Positions 36,811 through 37,748 of a DNA stretch of 37,748 bases are shown here, in pieces; within the stretch, counting starts at the first letter, position 1, and the number at the start of each line of letters is the position of its first letter. This DNA is from Vulcanimicrobiota bacterium. GTDB taxonomy: Bacteria; Vulcanimicrobiota; Xenobia; Xenobiales; JADMJV01. Where the stretch lies: the NCBI GenBank assembly GCA_022842865.1, contig JALHOV010000003.1, positions 1 to 37,748 of the forward strand, in the 5' to 3' direction. Below the pieces are notes generated by a model that ran no database searches, had not been told where the DNA came from, and saw only the letters and a program-made list of their open reading frames with translations. Made by a program: the position numbers and the translations under genes.

Positions 36811-36848
36811 AAAATATATTGGCAAAACGCAACACTTATGCTCAGCGT

Positions 36849-37577
36849 ATGAACCTTACACGAAGCCTTCCGATCATCCTCACCCTGGGTCTACTGGGTC
36901 TGCTTTCCATCCCTTCGGAACCGTCGCCCAGTCCGCTCGCCTCGGCCCTGCAATGGGAGCTCAAGGACTGCCGGGTCCAGGAAACCAGCCGCGGGGGTCT
37001 GGTGGTGCGTGAGCCGAACTACCCAGAGGACTCGGGCAGTATGTTCCCCATGACTGTGACGAGAGTCTGGCGTCAGCATCCCGCTGCTCCGGCTCGGCTG
37101 GAAGTGGAGCTTCAACCCTCCGGCGCGCACTGGCGAGGCCAGCGGACCGGCCAGCACTATCGCTGGGAAAGAGCCACGCCCCAGGGGCCGCAGGTTGAGG
37201 TGCTGGCCCACTGGGATATCTCCGCACATAACCGGCAATTGGTTCAAGACCAGGTCAAACAGACCCTAAAGGAGTTCGGCCAGGCTCCAACTGATCAGGT
37301 CGGCTGGTTCTGGGACAGGGGGACCTCCAGATTGTTTCGAGCCCAGGCCTTCCGACCGGAAACCTTGCAGGCCGACCTGCGAAAAGCCCCAACCGCGTTT
37401 GACCTGTGTCTTTTCATGGGCCCGGGAAACGACTTCCCTGGCACTAGACCATCGCGACTGCAAGCCTGGTTATGGAACGCGCAGACCGAACTGCTGTCCT
37501 GCCGAGACCGCTGGCAGCAAGGCATGCTGGTGGACCTGGGTTGGCGAGCCCTTGAGCTGGAGAGCGACCCCCGTTAG
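36849..37577 (+). CDS. hypothetical N-terminally anchored or secreted protein
   Basis: ATG 36849 followed by the hydrophobic stretch LPIILTLGLLGLL. The upstream part of the listed 448-aa ORF is read-through of the repeat. Confidence 0.65.
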   Translation: MNLTRSLPIILTLGLLGLLSIPSEPSPSPLASALQWELKDCRVQETSRGGLVVREPNYPEDSGSMFPMTVTRVWRQHPAAPARLEVELQPSGAHWRGQRTGQHYRWERATPQGPQVEVLAHWDISAHNRQLVQDQVKQTLKEFGQAPTDQVGWFWDRGTSRLFRAQAFRPETLQADLRKAPTAFDLCLFMGPGNDFPGTRPSRLQAWLWNAQTELLSCRDRWQQGMLVDLGWRALELESDPR

Positions 37578-37640
37578 GCGAGAGGCGAAAAAACCGGGAC
37601 CCACTTGTCGTCGGCGTCGAGATGGCCCGCTCGGCAAATT

Positions 37641-37748
37641 TCAAGAGGATGCACTCTCCAGCTGTTCCCAGGCCCAGCGCAGGATTCGCGTCACCAGGCC
37701 CGCCTTGTCCAGTTCGCCCGCGTCCACATGCAGAACCGGAATTCCTAA
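37641..37748 (-). CDS. partial CDS (C-terminal 35 aa), product unknown
   Basis: Open frame running off the window edge: LGIPVLHVDAGELDKAGLVTRILRWAWEQLESASS*. Confidence 0.45.
   Translation of the reverse strand, partial: LGIPVLHVDAGELDKAGLVTRILRWAWEQLESASS

Noticed and set aside
36231-36848. N-terminal part of the 448-aa ORF
   Set aside because: It runs through the acyl-CoA dehydrogenase end, the repeat array and a terminator.

Overview
GC-rich bacterial chromosomal window with about 35 genes. No rRNA, tRNA, CRISPR array or intact mobile element was seen. The gene style would fit Candidatus Eremiobacterota, but that is inference only. The housekeeping backbone is xseA-xseB-ispA-(dxs-like), recN, endonuclease V, M16 peptidase-dapB, icd and an acyl-CoA dehydrogenase. 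The best candidate for an undescribed system is a four-part copper-type locus at 2961-9177. It encodes a periplasmic adaptor that carries two YtkA-like MxM domains and has no alpha-helical hairpin, a Met-rich RND transporter with a shortened docking region, and a Tat-lipoprotein multicopper oxidase, with no TolC-type gene. Other notable items: (1) an intact but catalytically stripped Dxs-like gene in the dxs position; (2) a divergent signalling cassette made of a Ser/Thr kinase-PBP fusion, a histidine kinase and a REC/degenerate HD-GYP/TPR/BTAD regulator; (3) an S1/P1 nuclease-DUF1647-like-HAD operon; (4) a decayed nucleotidyltransferase TA-like pair that the ORF track missed; (5) a vapBC module with a visible operator; (6) a perfect 3x64-bp double-hairpin repeat. 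Two single-base frameshifts (near 3333 and 33792-33795) may be sequencing errors. All family calls come from motif recognition by eye, not from database searches.
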